A stretch of DNA of 64,000 bases, taken from an uncultured Actinomycetota bacterium (GTDB lineage: Bacteria; Actinomycetota; Actinomycetes; Actinomycetales; CAWJMD01). The translations under genes were made by a program, and so were the position numbers. Positions 43,256 to 56,091 of the stretch are shown here, piece after piece. The stretch spans positions 8,869 through 72,868 of the forward strand of contig CAWGTL010000001.1 of NCBI GenBank assembly GCA_963825505.1. The letters run 5' to 3'. Each line of letters begins with the position of its first letter. The stretch's first letter is position 1. The notes under the pieces are model-generated. The model was not told where the DNA came from. It did not search any database and was given only the letters and a program-made list of their open reading frames with translations.

Positions 43256-43813
43256 TCAGGGCGTGACGCGTTCCGCCCCAGGGCGTGACGCGGCCCCACC
43301 GGGGGAGGTCCGGACCAGGAACCGCAGCGTCTGCGGCTCGAGGGACGCCGTCCGGACGCCGTCGTTCGCCTCGATCACCGTGCGCGAGGCGACGTTCGAC
43401 ACGTGGCACGTCACGAGCGCGGGGTCGATGCCGTGCGCCGCCGCGAGCGGCAGCACCGCACGCAGCATCGCGGTGGCGTGACCTCGGCTGCGCTCGGACG
43501 GCCGCACCTCGTAGCCGATGTGGCCGCCCACCACCTCGAGCGCCGGGGTCAGCCTGTGCCGCAACGAGATCCGACCCAGGTACTCGTCACCTTCGCACCA
43601 CCACCAGGTGGTCTGAGGCACCGAGCCGGCCGGTCGACCGGGATCGTCGTCGCGCGCCTCCTGCTCGAGCATCGCGACGAGCGCGTGGAACCCGACGGGA
43701 CGCGCGAGCACGTCCGGGGCGAGCGGGACGGCCTCGCCGGCGCCGGCGTGCTCCCGCACCGCCTGGACGAACGACGCGTGGACGTCGTCGCCAGGAGGCA
43801 CGAGGCGGGGCAC
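43256..43813 (-). CDS. GNAT acetyltransferase
   Basis: GRISLRHRL, GGHIGYEVRPSERSRGHAT, NVASRTVIEAN. Confidence 0.9.
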   Translation of the reverse strand: MPRLVPPGDDVHASFVQAVREHAGAGEAVPLAPDVLARPVGFHALVAMLEQEARDDDPGRPAGSVPQTTWWWCEGDEYLGRISLRHRLTPALEVVGGHIGYEVRPSERSRGHATAMLRAVLPLAAAHGIDPALVTCHVSNVASRTVIEANDGVRTASLEPQTLRFLVRTSPGGAASRPGAERVTP

Positions 43814-43828
43814 GGGTGGAGCCGCCCG

Positions 43829-46381
<2,553 letters not shown>

Positions 46382-46496
46382 TGCTGTCCTCTCGCGCGCC
46401 GGGTGGGCGCTGGTCCGGTTCGGGTCACCCCGTGTCGGGGTCTCGGCATCGCCCCAGGCCCCCCGGGGGGCACGCCGTGGGTCGCACGTTCGTCAG

Positions 46497-46522
46497 GGAA
46501 TAGTGGCACGACGCCCGGGATT
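46497..46522 (+). promoter_or_regulatory. possible SigH/SigR-type promoter GGAAT-N18-ATT
   Basis: One mismatch to GGAAT-N18-GTT, upstream of an Rv2466c-like gene, a known SigH target family. Confidence 0.35.
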
Positions 46523-46629
46523 GGACCCAGCAGGCCACGGCCCCCCGCGGCGGCGCATCCCCGACCGCGATGACGCACGAAGCCCCCGCCGACCGAGCCG
46601 ACCACGACCCCTGACGGAGGACCCCACCC

Positions 46630-47245
46630 GTGACCGAGACCCAGACCCAGACCGTCGACTTCTGGTTCGACCCCGTCTGCCCGTGGGCGTGGATGACGTC
46701 CCGGTGGATGCTCGAGGTCGAGAAGGTCCGCGACGTCCGCGTCTCGTGGCACGTGATGTCCCTGGCCGTCCTCAACGAGGGCCGCGACCTGCCCGAGGAC
46801 TACCGCGACCTCATGGACCAGGGCGTGGTTCCCGGTTCGGGTGGTGCTGGCCGCCCAGGAGCAGCACGGCGACGACGTCGTCGGGAGGCTGTACACCGCG
46901 ATCGGCACCCGCGTGCACCCCGGCGGCGAGAGGGACTACCGCACGGCGGTCGCCGAGGCGCTCGACGAGCTCGGCCTGCCCGCCTCGCTGCTCGACGCCG
47001 GCGACACCGACGCCGACGACGACGCCCTGCGCAAGAGCCACCAGGCCGGCATCGACCAGGTGGGTCAGGACGTCGGCACGCCCGTCATCGCCGTCGAGGG
47101 CACCGCGTTCTTCGGTCCCGTGGTCACCCCCTCGCCGAAGGGCGAGGCCGCCGCGCGGCTGTGGGACGGCGTCGTCGCCGTCGCGTCGACCCCCGGGTTC
47201 TACGAGCTCAAGCGCACCCGCGACGACGGCCCGATCTTCGACTGA
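46630..47245 (+). CDS. DsbA-like mycothiol-dependent reductase (Rv2466c-like); frameshift near 46822
   Basis: [32 protein letters not shown]; two ORFs joined by one extra G. Confidence 0.9.
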
Positions 47246-47334
47246 CTGTGTCTGTCGGGGGGCCGTCGGGGGCGTGCCCGACTGTTCGACTGACCTGTGT
47301 TGTCGGGGGGCCGTCGGGGGCGTGCCCCCGACTG
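47237..47334. repeat. imperfect tandem duplication (48 + 50 bp) containing a hairpin
   Basis: ttcgactga..tgtgt..tgtcggggggccgtcgggggcgtgccc(cc)gactg occurs twice. Confidence 0.85.
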
Positions 47335-47351
47335 TTGGCACACTGACCGCC

Positions 47352-47795
47352 ATGCGCGTCCACCTCGGCTACGACCACGCCGGTTTCGAGCTCGCCCAGG
47401 TGCTCAAGCAGCACCTCGCCGACCAGGGTCACGAGCCCGTCGACCACGGCCCGCAGGAGCTCGATCCGCAGGACGACTACCCGGCGCCCTGCTACGCGGC
47501 CGCCCAGGCCGTGGTGGCCGAGCCCGGCAGCCTGGGCGTGGTGATCGGCGGGTCCGGCAACGGCGAGCAGATCGCGGCGAACAAGGCCCGCGGCGCCCGG
47601 GCGGCGCTCGCCTGGAACCTCGACACCGCGCGACTGGCCCGCCAGCACAACGACGCCAACCTCGTCGGCGTCGGCGCGCGGCAGCACTCCGAGGCCGAGG
47701 CGCTCGCCATCGTCGACGCCTTCCTCGCCGAGCCGTTCTCCGGCGAGGCCCGGCACCAGCGGCGGGTCGACGAGGTCGACGCGCTGGGGCTCTGA
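47352..47795 (+). CDS. rpiB: ribose-5-phosphate isomerase B
   Basis: DHAGFEL, DDYP, GGSGNGEQIAANK, ARQHNDAN, RHQRR. Confidence 0.95.
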   Translation: MRVHLGYDHAGFELAQVLKQHLADQGHEPVDHGPQELDPQDDYPAPCYAAAQAVVAEPGSLGVVIGGSGNGEQIAANKARGARAALAWNLDTARLARQHNDANLVGVGARQHSEAEALAIVDAFLAEPFSGEARHQRRVDEVDALGL

Positions 47796-47819
47796 GCGCG
47801 GAGGGACCGTGCCGAGCGG

Positions 47820-49103
47820 TCAGAACATCGCGCCGTTGAAGGCGGCGACGTGCCAGCCGAACGCGCGCGCCGTCGGGACGACCGCCTCGGCGTCCAGGAC
47901 CTCGACGAGACCGGCGGCCACCAGCTGGGACAGGTTCTGCCCGCCCAGGTACAGCGCGCCGAGGTCGCGGACGTCGAGCCGCAGCGCCGGCTCGGCGTCG
48001 GTGCGCTCGCAGGTGGCGCCGCTGCCGTCGTCGGCGCTGCGCAGGTGCCAGCGCCCGGCGTTGGTCGCCAGCATCGGGTCGGACACCTCGAGCACGACGT
48101 CGACCGGGCCGGCGTAGGCGCGGGCCGTCAGCGCCGCCGGCAGGTCGAGCACGCGCAGCCAGAGGGCGTCGGACAGGGTGACCTTGGCCTTGCGCAGGTC
48201 GACCAGCAGATGCAGCAGCGGGTCGTCGACCGGACGCACGTCGGTCGAGACCTTCGCCATCAGGTCCAGGTCGGCGAGGGTCGACCACAGCACGCGCGCC
48301 GACGCGGCGTCGAGCGCGGCGGCCTGGATGACCCGCACGGTGCCGTCAGGGCCGGTGTCCTCCCAGCCCTCCTTGCGGCGGAACAGCGCGGTGGCGCGGA
48401 CCCGTCCCTCGCCGTCCTCGACGAGCATGACCTTCTTGCGCTCGTGCCCCTGCCGCCACTCCTTCGGGTCGGCGAGCAGCTGCTCGACCCGCGTCGGCAG
48501 ACCGCGCGAGACCGCGCCCGGGTGCTCGGCGCGGAACGCCTCGTACACCGCGTCGACGACGCCCGCGTGCCGGTCGATGTCGGCGTTCTCGATCCGCACC
48601 CTCAGGTCGTCGCCGCCCGCGACGGGTCGCATGGCGGCGGAGCGGGGGATGGTGAAGCGCAGACCGTTGGCGGCCAGCCCGTAGCCGAACCGGCCGTAGA
48701 TCGCCGGCTCGGCGGCCCACAGCACCGACACCGGCTCGGTGCCGCGAGCGGCGATCTCGGCGAAGTGGTGGTCGATCATCGCCCGCAGGACGCCGCGGCG
48801 GCGGTGCTGCGGGTGGACACCGACGTAGGTGAGGCCCGACGCGGGGACCCGGCCGCCCGGCACGGACATCGACAACGAGTAGGCCGAGTAGAGCCCGGCG
48901 TCCTGGCCGTCGACGGTGGCGACCGCCGTGCGGTCCCACTCGAAGCCGCGGTAGTCGTCGTCGACCGGGTCGTCGGTGCTCGACCACACCCACTGGAGGA
49001 GGTCGTCGACGTCGGCCCGCCGGTCGGCGCCGACGAAGCCCACCTCGACGCCCACCTCGACGCCGGGCCGTGCCGACGCACCGCTGCTGCTCTGCTCGTC
49101 CAT
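47820..49103 (-). CDS. Eis-like GNAT acetyltransferase with SCP2 domain
   Basis: VGVHPQHRRRG, LWAAEPAIYGRFGYG, LWLRVLDLPAAL.AR.Y, LGALYLGG. Confidence 0.9.
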   Translation of the reverse strand: MDEQSSSGASARPGVEVGVEVGFVGADRRADVDDLLQWVWSSTDDPVDDDYRGFEWDRTAVATVDGQDAGLYSAYSLSMSVPGGRVPASGLTYVGVHPQHRRRGVLRAMIDHHFAEIAARGTEPVSVLWAAEPAIYGRFGYGLAANGLRFTIPRSAAMRPVAGGDDLRVRIENADIDRHAGVVDAVYEAFRAEHPGAVSRGLPTRVEQLLADPKEWRQGHERKKVMLVEDGEGRVRATALFRRKEGWEDTGPDGTVRVIQAAALDAASARVLWSTLADLDLMAKVSTDVRPVDDPLLHLLVDLRKAKVTLSDALWLRVLDLPAALTARAYAGPVDVVLEVSDPMLATNAGRWHLRSADDGSGATCERTDAEPALRLDVRDLGALYLGGQNLSQLVAAGLVEVLDAEAVVPTARAFGWHVAAFNGAMF

Positions 49104-49262
49104 GCCGCACAGGCTGGCACCGTGGAGCCCCGCGGAGCACGCGAGATTCGCGCCCGCGACCGGCGCAGGCCCCGGCCGGCGTCGACGTCACCCGCCGTCC
49201 ACGACCGGCCCGACGGGCGGACCGCCCGACGCCGGTCGGGGCGGGCCGCTAGATTCGCGCCC

Positions 49263-50387
49263 GTGGAGCAGTCACTGGCGACGCGGGCGCGCCCGCGCGC
49301 CCGCCGCCGTCGGCGGGTGCCGCAGGGCATCACGATGGTCCGCCGCCAGCTGATGACGTCCCAGCCGTTCCAGCTGATCGTGCTCACCGGGCTGATCGTG
49401 CTCACCTGCTTCGCGAACCTGATCAGCCCCTCGGTGGTGCCGCTGTCGGCGCTCACCGTCGTGCTGCTGCTCGGCGGCTTCTACCTGCGCGTGCGCGCGC
49501 TGCTGCTGCTGTACCTGGTGGCCGGGTCCGCGCTGGTGTTCGTCCTGACCACCAGCGACCTGGTCGAGGCACCGATCGACTGGGGCACGATCGGGGTCAT
49601 CCTCGGCACCGCGCTGCTGGTCTTCCTGTTCGCCCGCAGCCGTGAGCGGCTCGGTGTCCAGGGGATGGCGGGCGAGTCGATGCTGGTCGACCTGCGCGAC
49701 CGGCTGCGCCAGCAGGGCCAGGTGCCGCGGCTGCCGCCGCAGTGGTCGGTCGAGACCACGCTGCGCTCGGCGTACGGCGACTCGTTCTCCGGCGACTTCC
49801 TGGTGTCGTCCCGCTCGTCCGACGACTCCCAGCTCGAGATGGCGATGGTCGACGTCTCCGGCAAGGGCCAGGCGGCCGGCACCCGCGCGCTGCTGCTGTC
49901 CGGGGCGTTCGGCGGGCTGCTCGGTGCGATGCCGCCGGAGGACTTCCTGCCGGCCGCCAACGCCTACCTGCTGCGGCAGCGCTGGCACGAGGGCTTCGCC
50001 ACCGCGATGCACCTGTGCCTCGACCTCACCACCGGCCGGTTCCAGATCGCCAGCGCCGGCCACCCGCCCGCCGCGCACTACCACGCCGGGTCCGGCGTCT
50101 GGGAGGTGCTGCGCGGGGTGCACGGCCCCGTGCTCGGCATCGTCGACGGCGTCCGGTTCCCGGCCCACGAGGGCCGGATCGAGCGCGGTGACGCCCTGCT
50201 CTTCTACACCGACGGCCTGGTCGAGACCCCCGGGCGCGACCTCGACCTCGGCATCGACCGGCTGATGGGCGCCGCGCAGGACCTCGTCCGCCGCGGCGGG
50301 TTCAAGGGCGGCGCCGACCGCATCGTCGACGGCACCCACACCGACGAGAGCGACGACCGCGCGCTCGTGCTGGTCTGGCGCCAGTAG
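49263..50387 (+). CDS. membrane PP2C/SpoIIE-type phosphatase
   Basis: N-terminal TMs, FSGDF, VDVSGKG, SAGHPP, YTDGLVE, DDRA. Confidence 0.9.
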   Translation: MEQSLATRARPRARRRRRVPQGITMVRRQLMTSQPFQLIVLTGLIVLTCFANLISPSVVPLSALTVVLLLGGFYLRVRALLLLYLVAGSALVFVLTTSDLVEAPIDWGTIGVILGTALLVFLFARSRERLGVQGMAGESMLVDLRDRLRQQGQVPRLPPQWSVETTLRSAYGDSFSGDFLVSSRSSDDSQLEMAMVDVSGKGQAAGTRALLLSGAFGGLLGAMPPEDFLPAANAYLLRQRWHEGFATAMHLCLDLTTGRFQIASAGHPPAAHYHAGSGVWEVLRGVHGPVLGIVDGVRFPAHEGRIERGDALLFYTDGLVETPGRDLDLGIDRLMGAAQDLVRRGGFKGGADRIVDGTHTDESDDRALVLVWRQ

Positions 50388-50399
50388 GTCCTTCCGGGC

Positions 50400-51905
50400 T
50401 CAGGGGGCGGTGACGCGGGTGCGCCCCGCGAGCCAGGCCTGCTGGTCCTCGAGCCGGCGACGGCGGCTGCCGGCGATCCGCACCCAGGTGCCGCCGTCGG
50501 CGTCGCGGTGGGCCACGACGGTCTCACCGGGGGAGGCGTAGCCGCCGGCGTCGGTGAACCGGGCCGTGGTGGCGTCGACCACCTCGAGGGTGGCGATGCC
50601 CGCGGTGGGGTCGGCCTGGTCGGGGGCGATCGCCCGCAGCCGTCCGCCGAGGTCGACCAGGTCGGTGACGCCCCACAGGCTCGCCCAGCGGCCCTCGAAC
50701 ACCGACAGCTCGTGCGCGGCCTGCTGCGTGCGCTCGCGGTGCGCGGCGAGGGCGGCGTCGACGATCTTCACCACGCCGGTGGCGAGCTCCTGCGCGGGCC
50801 CGTCGATCGCGTTCGTGAGCACGACGACGGTCAGGCCGTCGGACGGGTCGACCACCGTGCGGGTGATGTGGCCGGGGAAGCCACCACCGTGCCCGACCAG
50901 CGAGCGCTCGCCGACCTGCTGGCGGCCGAACCCGAGGCCGTAGTGCTCGTCGCCGCCCGGGACCGCCCACTGCGCGCGGTGCAGCCGCCGCTTCGAGGCG
51001 TCGGTGAGCAGCGTGCCCTCGCCCAGCACGTGCGCCGCGGCGTAGCGGACCAGGTCGCCCGCGGTGGACCAGAACCCCGTGGCCGAGGCGAGGGCGGCGG
51101 TGTCGACGGTGTCGATCGGCACCCGGTCGCCGAGGACGTGGCCGCTGTAACCCGTGGCGTACTCGCCGAGCCGGGTCGGGTCGAGCTCGGGGCCGGTGCG
51201 GTCCAGGCCGATCGGGGCCAGGACGGCCTCGCGCAGGTGCTCGGCGTACGGGCGGCCCGTCACCGCCTCGATCACCAGGCCGACCAGCCCGTAGCCGATG
51301 TTGGAGTACTTGAACTGCTCGTTCGCCGGCAGGACGTCCGCGGCGTCGTGCGCAGCCGCCACCAGGGCGGCACGGTCGGGGAACGGCCGGTCGAGCGTCC
51401 AGAAGTCGCTGTCGTGGGTGTCGCGGACGACGCCGCCGCCGTGCGCGAGCAGCTCGGCCACCGTCCGGTCGCCGACGGCGGCGTCCCGGACGTCGGGGAC
51501 GTGCTGCGCGACCGTGTCGTCGAGCCGCAGCCGACCCTGCTCCACCAGCTGCATCACCGCGGTGGCGGTGAACGTCTTGGAGTGCGACGCGATGCGGAAC
51601 AGGTGATCGGTGCGCAGCGGCTCGCCCTCGTCGTCCGGGCCGTCGGTGCCGGGCAGCCGGGCCGACCCGTGCGCGGTCTCGACCAGCACCTCGCCCGCCA
51701 CCGCCACCGCGAGCTGGACACCCGGCACCCGCAGCGTCCGGCGGCGCAGCGCCACCCAGGTGTCGGCGTACCGGGCGGCCTGCCGGACGACCTCCACCTC
51801 GGCGGCGTCGAGGCGACCGGCGCGGTCGTCCGCGGTCGGGTCGGCGGTCACCGGCACGGCGTCGGGGCGGCTGCGGTCGGACGGTTCGGGGGTCTGCTCG
51901 GCCAT
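50400..51905 (-). CDS. serine hydrolase, beta-lactamase/class C fold
   Basis: FRIASHSKTF (SxxK), YSN, GHGGGFPG. Confidence 0.9.
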   Translation of the reverse strand: MAEQTPEPSDRSRPDAVPVTADPTADDRAGRLDAAEVEVVRQAARYADTWVALRRRTLRVPGVQLAVAVAGEVLVETAHGSARLPGTDGPDDEGEPLRTDHLFRIASHSKTFTATAVMQLVEQGRLRLDDTVAQHVPDVRDAAVGDRTVAELLAHGGGVVRDTHDSDFWTLDRPFPDRAALVAAAHDAADVLPANEQFKYSNIGYGLVGLVIEAVTGRPYAEHLREAVLAPIGLDRTGPELDPTRLGEYATGYSGHVLGDRVPIDTVDTAALASATGFWSTAGDLVRYAAAHVLGEGTLLTDASKRRLHRAQWAVPGGDEHYGLGFGRQQVGERSLVGHGGGFPGHITRTVVDPSDGLTVVVLTNAIDGPAQELATGVVKIVDAALAAHRERTQQAAHELSVFEGRWASLWGVTDLVDLGGRLRAIAPDQADPTAGIATLEVVDATTARFTDAGGYASPGETVVAHRDADGGTWVRIAGSRRRRLEDQQAWLAGRTRVTAP

Positions 51906-51979
51906 GGTGGCGGACCCTAGCCCGGACGCCCGGCCCGCTCGCGTCGTCCCCGACCCCCGCAGTCCGTTAGGCTGAAAGG

Positions 51980-52735
51980 GTGAGTACTCCTGGCACCCGA
52001 CGCCCGACCGGCCGAGCGCTGGTCTCCGGCCTGGCCGGTGCCGTCGCCGCCGTGGGTGTCGTCGTGCTCGGTGGCCAGCTCCTGGGCGGACCCCCCGAGG
52101 CCGCCACCGCGTCGCGGTCGATCGTCGCCATCGAGGCCGCCGGCACCGCTGCCGAGCGGGAGCCGGTCAGCGCCGCGGCCGCCGACGCGGCCGACGTCGC
52201 GGTCCAGGCCCCGCTGCTCACGCTCGTCACCCCGCCGCCCCCGCCGCCTCCCGCGGCCGACCGCACGCAGGACCGCGCGTCCCGGTCGGACCCGCGTCCC
52301 GGCTCGGGCTCCGGGTCCGGGTCCGGCACCCGCCCGCCGAGCTCCGGCGGCGGCGGCTCGACCGCCTCCCAGGTGATCTCGCTGGTCAACGCCGCCCGGG
52401 CCGACGCGGGCTGCGGACCCGTCTCGGCGAACGGCGCGCTCGCCTCCGCCGCCCAGGCGCACAGCGCCGACATGGCCGCCAACGACTACTTCTCGCACAC
52501 CAGCCAGGACGGCCGCTCGTTCGCCGACCGGATCCGTGCCGCCGGCTACAGCGGGGGCGCGATGGCGGAGAACATCGCCGCCGGCCAGTCGAGCGCGTCG
52601 TCGGTGATGGCCGGCTGGATGGACAGCCCCGGCCACCGCGCCAACATCCTCAACTGCACCTACCGGCACATCGGCGTCGGCGTCGCCACGGGCGGCTCCT
52701 ACGGCACCTACTGGACGCAGGACTTCGGCGGCTGA
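51980..52735 (+). CDS. CAP/SCP-domain membrane or secreted protein
   Basis: LVNAARA, HSADMA..YFSH, AENIAAG, WMDSPGHRANIL, YWTQDFG. Confidence 0.92.
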   Translation: MSTPGTRRPTGRALVSGLAGAVAAVGVVVLGGQLLGGPPEAATASRSIVAIEAAGTAAEREPVSAAAADAADVAVQAPLLTLVTPPPPPPPAADRTQDRASRSDPRPGSGSGSGSGTRPPSSGGGGSTASQVISLVNAARADAGCGPVSANGALASAAQAHSADMAANDYFSHTSQDGRSFADRIRAAGYSGGAMAENIAAGQSSASSVMAGWMDSPGHRANILNCTYRHIGVGVATGGSYGTYWTQDFGG

Positions 52736-52755
52736 CCTCTCGTCCCCGTCCGTTC

Positions 52756-52791
52756 GCCCAGTGAACGTGGTGACCGCCTCGTTCACTGGGC
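52756..52791 (+). terminator. hairpin after the CAP gene
   Basis: gcccagtgaacg ... cgttcactgggc. Confidence 0.5.
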
Positions 52792-52877
52792 TTGCGAGCC
52801 TCGCGAGGTAGCAGCTCGCCCCGCCAGGACGGCGACCCGGGAACCGAGCCGCCCACCCAGCCCACGAGGATGGCGGC

Positions 52878-53384
52878 GTGACGACTGCCGACGACCTGGT
52901 CCTGCGCGAAGCGACCGACGACGACCAGCCGGCGATCTGGGCGCTGCTCGAACCGGTGATGCGGGCGGGGGAGACCTACTGCTGGCCGCGTGACGTCACG
53001 GCCGAGGCCGGGCTCGCCCGCTGGATCGAGCCGCCGCCGGCGCGCACCTACGTCGCGGCCCTGCCGGACGGCACCGTCGTCGGCACCGCCCAGCTGCACC
53101 CCAACCAGACCGGCGCCGGGTCGCACGTCGCCAACGCCGGGTTCGTCACCTCCGCGGCCTCGGGCGTGCGCGGGGTCGGGCGCCGCCTCGCCCGGCACGT
53201 GGTCGACGAGGCGAGGCGGCAGGGCTACCGCGCGATGCAGTTCAACGCCGTCGTCGAGACGAACACCCGCGCGGTCGAGCTGTGGCGCTCCCTCGGCTTC
53301 GAGGTCGTCGGCACCGTCCCCGAGGCGTTCGACCACCCGGTGCACGGACTGATCGGCCTGCACGTCATGCACCGCGCGCTCTGA
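52878..53384 (+). CDS. GNAT acetyltransferase
   Basis: GSHVANAGF, RGVGR, MQFNAVVETN.RAV.LW..LGF. Confidence 0.92.
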   Translation: MTTADDLVLREATDDDQPAIWALLEPVMRAGETYCWPRDVTAEAGLARWIEPPPARTYVAALPDGTVVGTAQLHPNQTGAGSHVANAGFVTSAASGVRGVGRRLARHVVDEARRQGYRAMQFNAVVETNTRAVELWRSLGFEVVGTVPEAFDHPVHGLIGLHVMHRAL

Positions 53385-53490
53385 CAGGGGAGCCGAGCGG
53401 CGACCTGGGCTCCGGAACGTGCTGGCGCCCGCCGGCGCACTGGGTCTTCACTGGTGTCGCGGGGACCTCTGGCGGACAGGAGAGCCGGCG

Positions 53491-53985
53491 ATGCCGAGAT
53501 TCACCGGGGTGGACCACGTGGCGTTCAGCGTGACGGACGTGGAGGCGAGCGAACGGTTCTGGACCGAGGTGATGGGCCTGCTGACCGTCATCGACATCGG
53601 GCACGGGCGGGTCTGCATGGACACCCGCACCGGGTTCACGGTGGCGGTGCTGCAGCACCCCGACGGCGCGGGCGGACCGTTCAGCGAGCTGACGACCGGC
53701 CTCGACCACATCGGCTTCGAGGTGGGCAGCCGCGAGGAGCTGGTCGAGTGGCAGGAGCGGCTCGACGCGGCCGGGGTCGAGTACACCCCCATCCGCGAGA
53801 TGCCCCTCGCGTACCACCTGAACTTCCGGGGACCGGACGGCCTCGCGCTGGAGCTGTCGGCCTCGACCGAGGTCTACGCCGCCGCGCTCGCCGACCTGCG
53901 GTCGCGGGAGGTGGGGGACGCCGAGGTGCTCGCCATCGCCGAGCAGATGCTGGGCGCCGAGGTGGTGCCTCGAGCCCGTTCGTGA
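53491..53985 (+). CDS. VOC/glyoxalase family protein
   Basis: DHVAFSVTD, GLDHIGFEV, FRGPDGLALE. Confidence 0.9.
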   Translation: MPRFTGVDHVAFSVTDVEASERFWTEVMGLLTVIDIGHGRVCMDTRTGFTVAVLQHPDGAGGPFSELTTGLDHIGFEVGSREELVEWQERLDAAGVEYTPIREMPLAYHLNFRGPDGLALELSASTEVYAAALADLRSREVGDAEVLAIAEQMLGAEVVPRARS

Positions 53986-53991
53986 CCGCCG

Positions 53992-54066
<75 letters not shown>

Positions 54067-54109
54067 GACGCCTGCCGGAGCAGGCGCGCGTGCCCAAGGG
54101 TAGTGGGGC

Positions 54110-55330
54110 TCAGCCGGTGCGGACGACCCGGTAACCGTCATCCGCCAGCCAGACCACCCAGGGCCCCGCGGCCCAGACCTCGCCGTCCACCGCGGCGGTG
54201 CGGCCGGTGGCCACCTCGAGCAGCAGGCCCTGCGAGGTCGACGGGTCGCCGTCCACGGGTGCGGTCGACCACGCGACGAAGCGGTCTCCGACCGTCACGC
54301 GGACGACCGAGCCGTTGCTTCCCGAGACCACGGGCAGGTCGGCGGCCGCGACCGCACCCCGGCCCGACTCCGCGTCCATCACGACGAGGTGGCCGTCGAC
54401 CGTCCAGGCGACGACCGACCCGGCGGCGCCGACGTCGACGGGCTCCTTCTCGCCGATGGCACCTGGGAGGTCGTTCTCCGAGAGGCCCTCCGGGAGCGCG
54501 TAGTCGGTGCGTTCGCCGGTGGTGGCGTCGACGCGCACGAGCCACGGCTGGCCAGGCGTCGAGAGGTAGACGTCGGGCCACGACACCGCACGGACGAGGC
54601 CGGAGACCTCCAGCTGCCGCGGCTCGCCGGCGCAGCCCTCGGCCGTCCAGACCCGGTACGGCTCGTCGCCGTCGGGGTAGGTCGACCACACGACGTGGCC
54701 GTCGTCGATCCGCACCGACGACTCGGCCACGCTCGCGTCGCTGAGCTGGGTCCGGGTCCCGCCGACCCGCGGGGTGCAGAACAGGTCGAACTTGTGCTGC
54801 GGGTCCTCGTGCTCCAGCGTCAGGCGGGTCTGTCCGTCGCCACCGACCATCGGAGCGACGTCCCCGACGTCGTAGGACTCGATGCGACCGGTCTGCACGT
54901 CAGCCGTCTGCGCGTCGCCCCAGGTGTCGAACCAGGTGCGGTCGTAGTGCTGCTCGGCGCCGAACAGGGTGCCGTCGGGCGCCAGGGCGTAGGCGCGGAA
55001 GTCGTACCAGCCGCGCTCGCGGGGGACCACCTCCGCGGTGGTGCTGCCGAGCAGCACGGCGAGCTCGGTCCGCAGCGTCGAGTCCTGCAGGGGCACCGGG
55101 GCGGGCAGGTCCACCGGACCCTCCCGGCTCCCCACGCCGCTGCCGACGACGACGGCAGCGAGCACCAGTGCGACGGTCCCCGTCCCGGACGCGATCGCGC
55201 CCAGCACCCGGCGCCGGCGACGTCGCCGCTCGCCGGCACGCAGCGCGCGTTCCAGCACCTCCGGCACCGTGCGTCGGTCGGCGTCCAGCGACTCCAGCCG
55301 CCGCGCCACCACCTGCTCAAGGGTGTCCAC
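54110..55330 (-). CDS. single-TM protein with extracytoplasmic beta-rich domain; putative anti-sigma factor
   Basis: GGAGG + GTG overlapping the sigma gene end; short cytoplasmic N-terminus, RRRRRRR, TM, then repeats ending VVW/VAW/FVAW. Confidence 0.75.
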   Translation of the reverse strand: MDTLEQVVARRLESLDADRRTVPEVLERALRAGERRRRRRRVLGAIASGTGTVALVLAAVVVGSGVGSREGPVDLPAPVPLQDSTLRTELAVLLGSTTAEVVPRERGWYDFRAYALAPDGTLFGAEQHYDRTWFDTWGDAQTADVQTGRIESYDVGDVAPMVGGDGQTRLTLEHEDPQHKFDLFCTPRVGGTRTQLSDASVAESSVRIDDGHVVWSTYPDGDEPYRVWTAEGCAGEPRQLEVSGLVRAVSWPDVYLSTPGQPWLVRVDATTGERTDYALPEGLSENDLPGAIGEKEPVDVGAAGSVVAWTVDGHLVVMDAESGRGAVAAADLPVVSGSNGSVVRVTVGDRFVAWSTAPVDGDPSTSQGLLLEVATGRTAAVDGEVWAAGPWVVWLADDGYRVVRTG

Positions 55331-55868
55331 GACCCACCTCCGTCGTCGCGCCTGTCGTCGTTCCCGTCGTCGCCACCGCGGGGCCGCGCGGCACGAGCCC
55401 TGCCCGGACGTGCGCGAGCGCCCGGTGCGCCTGGCTGCGCACGGTCCCGGTCGCGATGCCGAGCCGTTCCGCGATGACCTCGTCGGACAACCCGTCCACG
55501 TACCGCAGCACCAGGACGACCCGCATCCGCGGCGGCAGCGAGCGCAGCAGCTCGTCGACGGCGAGGTCGGACTCCACGAGCCCCATCCCGGGATCCTCGA
55601 CGCCCCGCTCCGGGGGCTCGCCGACACTGACCTCGCGACGGGGGCGACGCCACCGGTTGATCGCGAGCCGGAGCATCGTCCGACGCACGTAGCCCTCCGG
55701 GTCGTCGTGCCGCCGGACCCGCCACCACGCCGCGCCGGTGCGGGCCAGCGCCTCCTGGACGAGGTCCTCGGCGTCGCGCCCGCCACCGGACCCGGCGGTC
55801 AGCGCCCGGGCGTAGCCGAGCAGCGCGGGCAGCCTCGCCGCCGCGAACTCCTCGAAGGCCCGGTCCAT
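55317..55868 (-). CDS. ECF sigma factor (actinobacterial SigE family)
   Basis: FEEF, DAEDLVQEAL, W.RV, YVRR, LPPRMR.VLVLRY, GTVRSQAHRAL. Confidence 0.92.
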   Translation of the reverse strand: MDRAFEEFAAARLPALLGYARALTAGSGGGRDAEDLVQEALARTGAAWWRVRRHDDPEGYVRRTMLRLAINRWRRPRREVSVGEPPERGVEDPGMGLVESDLAVDELLRSLPPRMRVVLVLRYVDGLSDEVIAERLGIATGTVRSQAHRALAHVRAGLVPRGPAVATTGTTTGATTEVGRGHP

Positions 55869-56008
55869 CGCACCTCCCGCCGCTCCGTCGCGGTCCCAGC
55901 GTTCTCCTCCCCAGGACACCTGACCAGGGGCTGGCGTTGCACGCCGCGGCGACTGGGCCGAACGCGCAGGAGAGCCCCGACGGCCCGGCAGTACCCTGGC
56001 GGGCGTCA

Positions 56009-56085
56009 CGGGGTGTGGCGCAGCTTGGTAGCGCGTCCGCTTTGGGAGCGGAAGGCCCCCGGTTCGAATCCGGGTACCCCGACCA
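56009..56085 (+). tRNA. tRNA-Pro(TGG)
   Basis: CGGGGTGTGGCGCAGCTTGGTAGCGCG-TCCGC-TTTGGGA-GCGGA...GGTTCGAATCC...CCCCGACCA. Confidence 0.97.
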
Positions 56086-56091
56086 GGAGGG

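Noticed and set aside
50400-51905. Antibiotic-resistance call for the beta-lactamase-fold protein (also the APH and Eis-like genes)
   Set aside because: Motifs match broad housekeeping families; nothing in the sequence indicates drug specificity.
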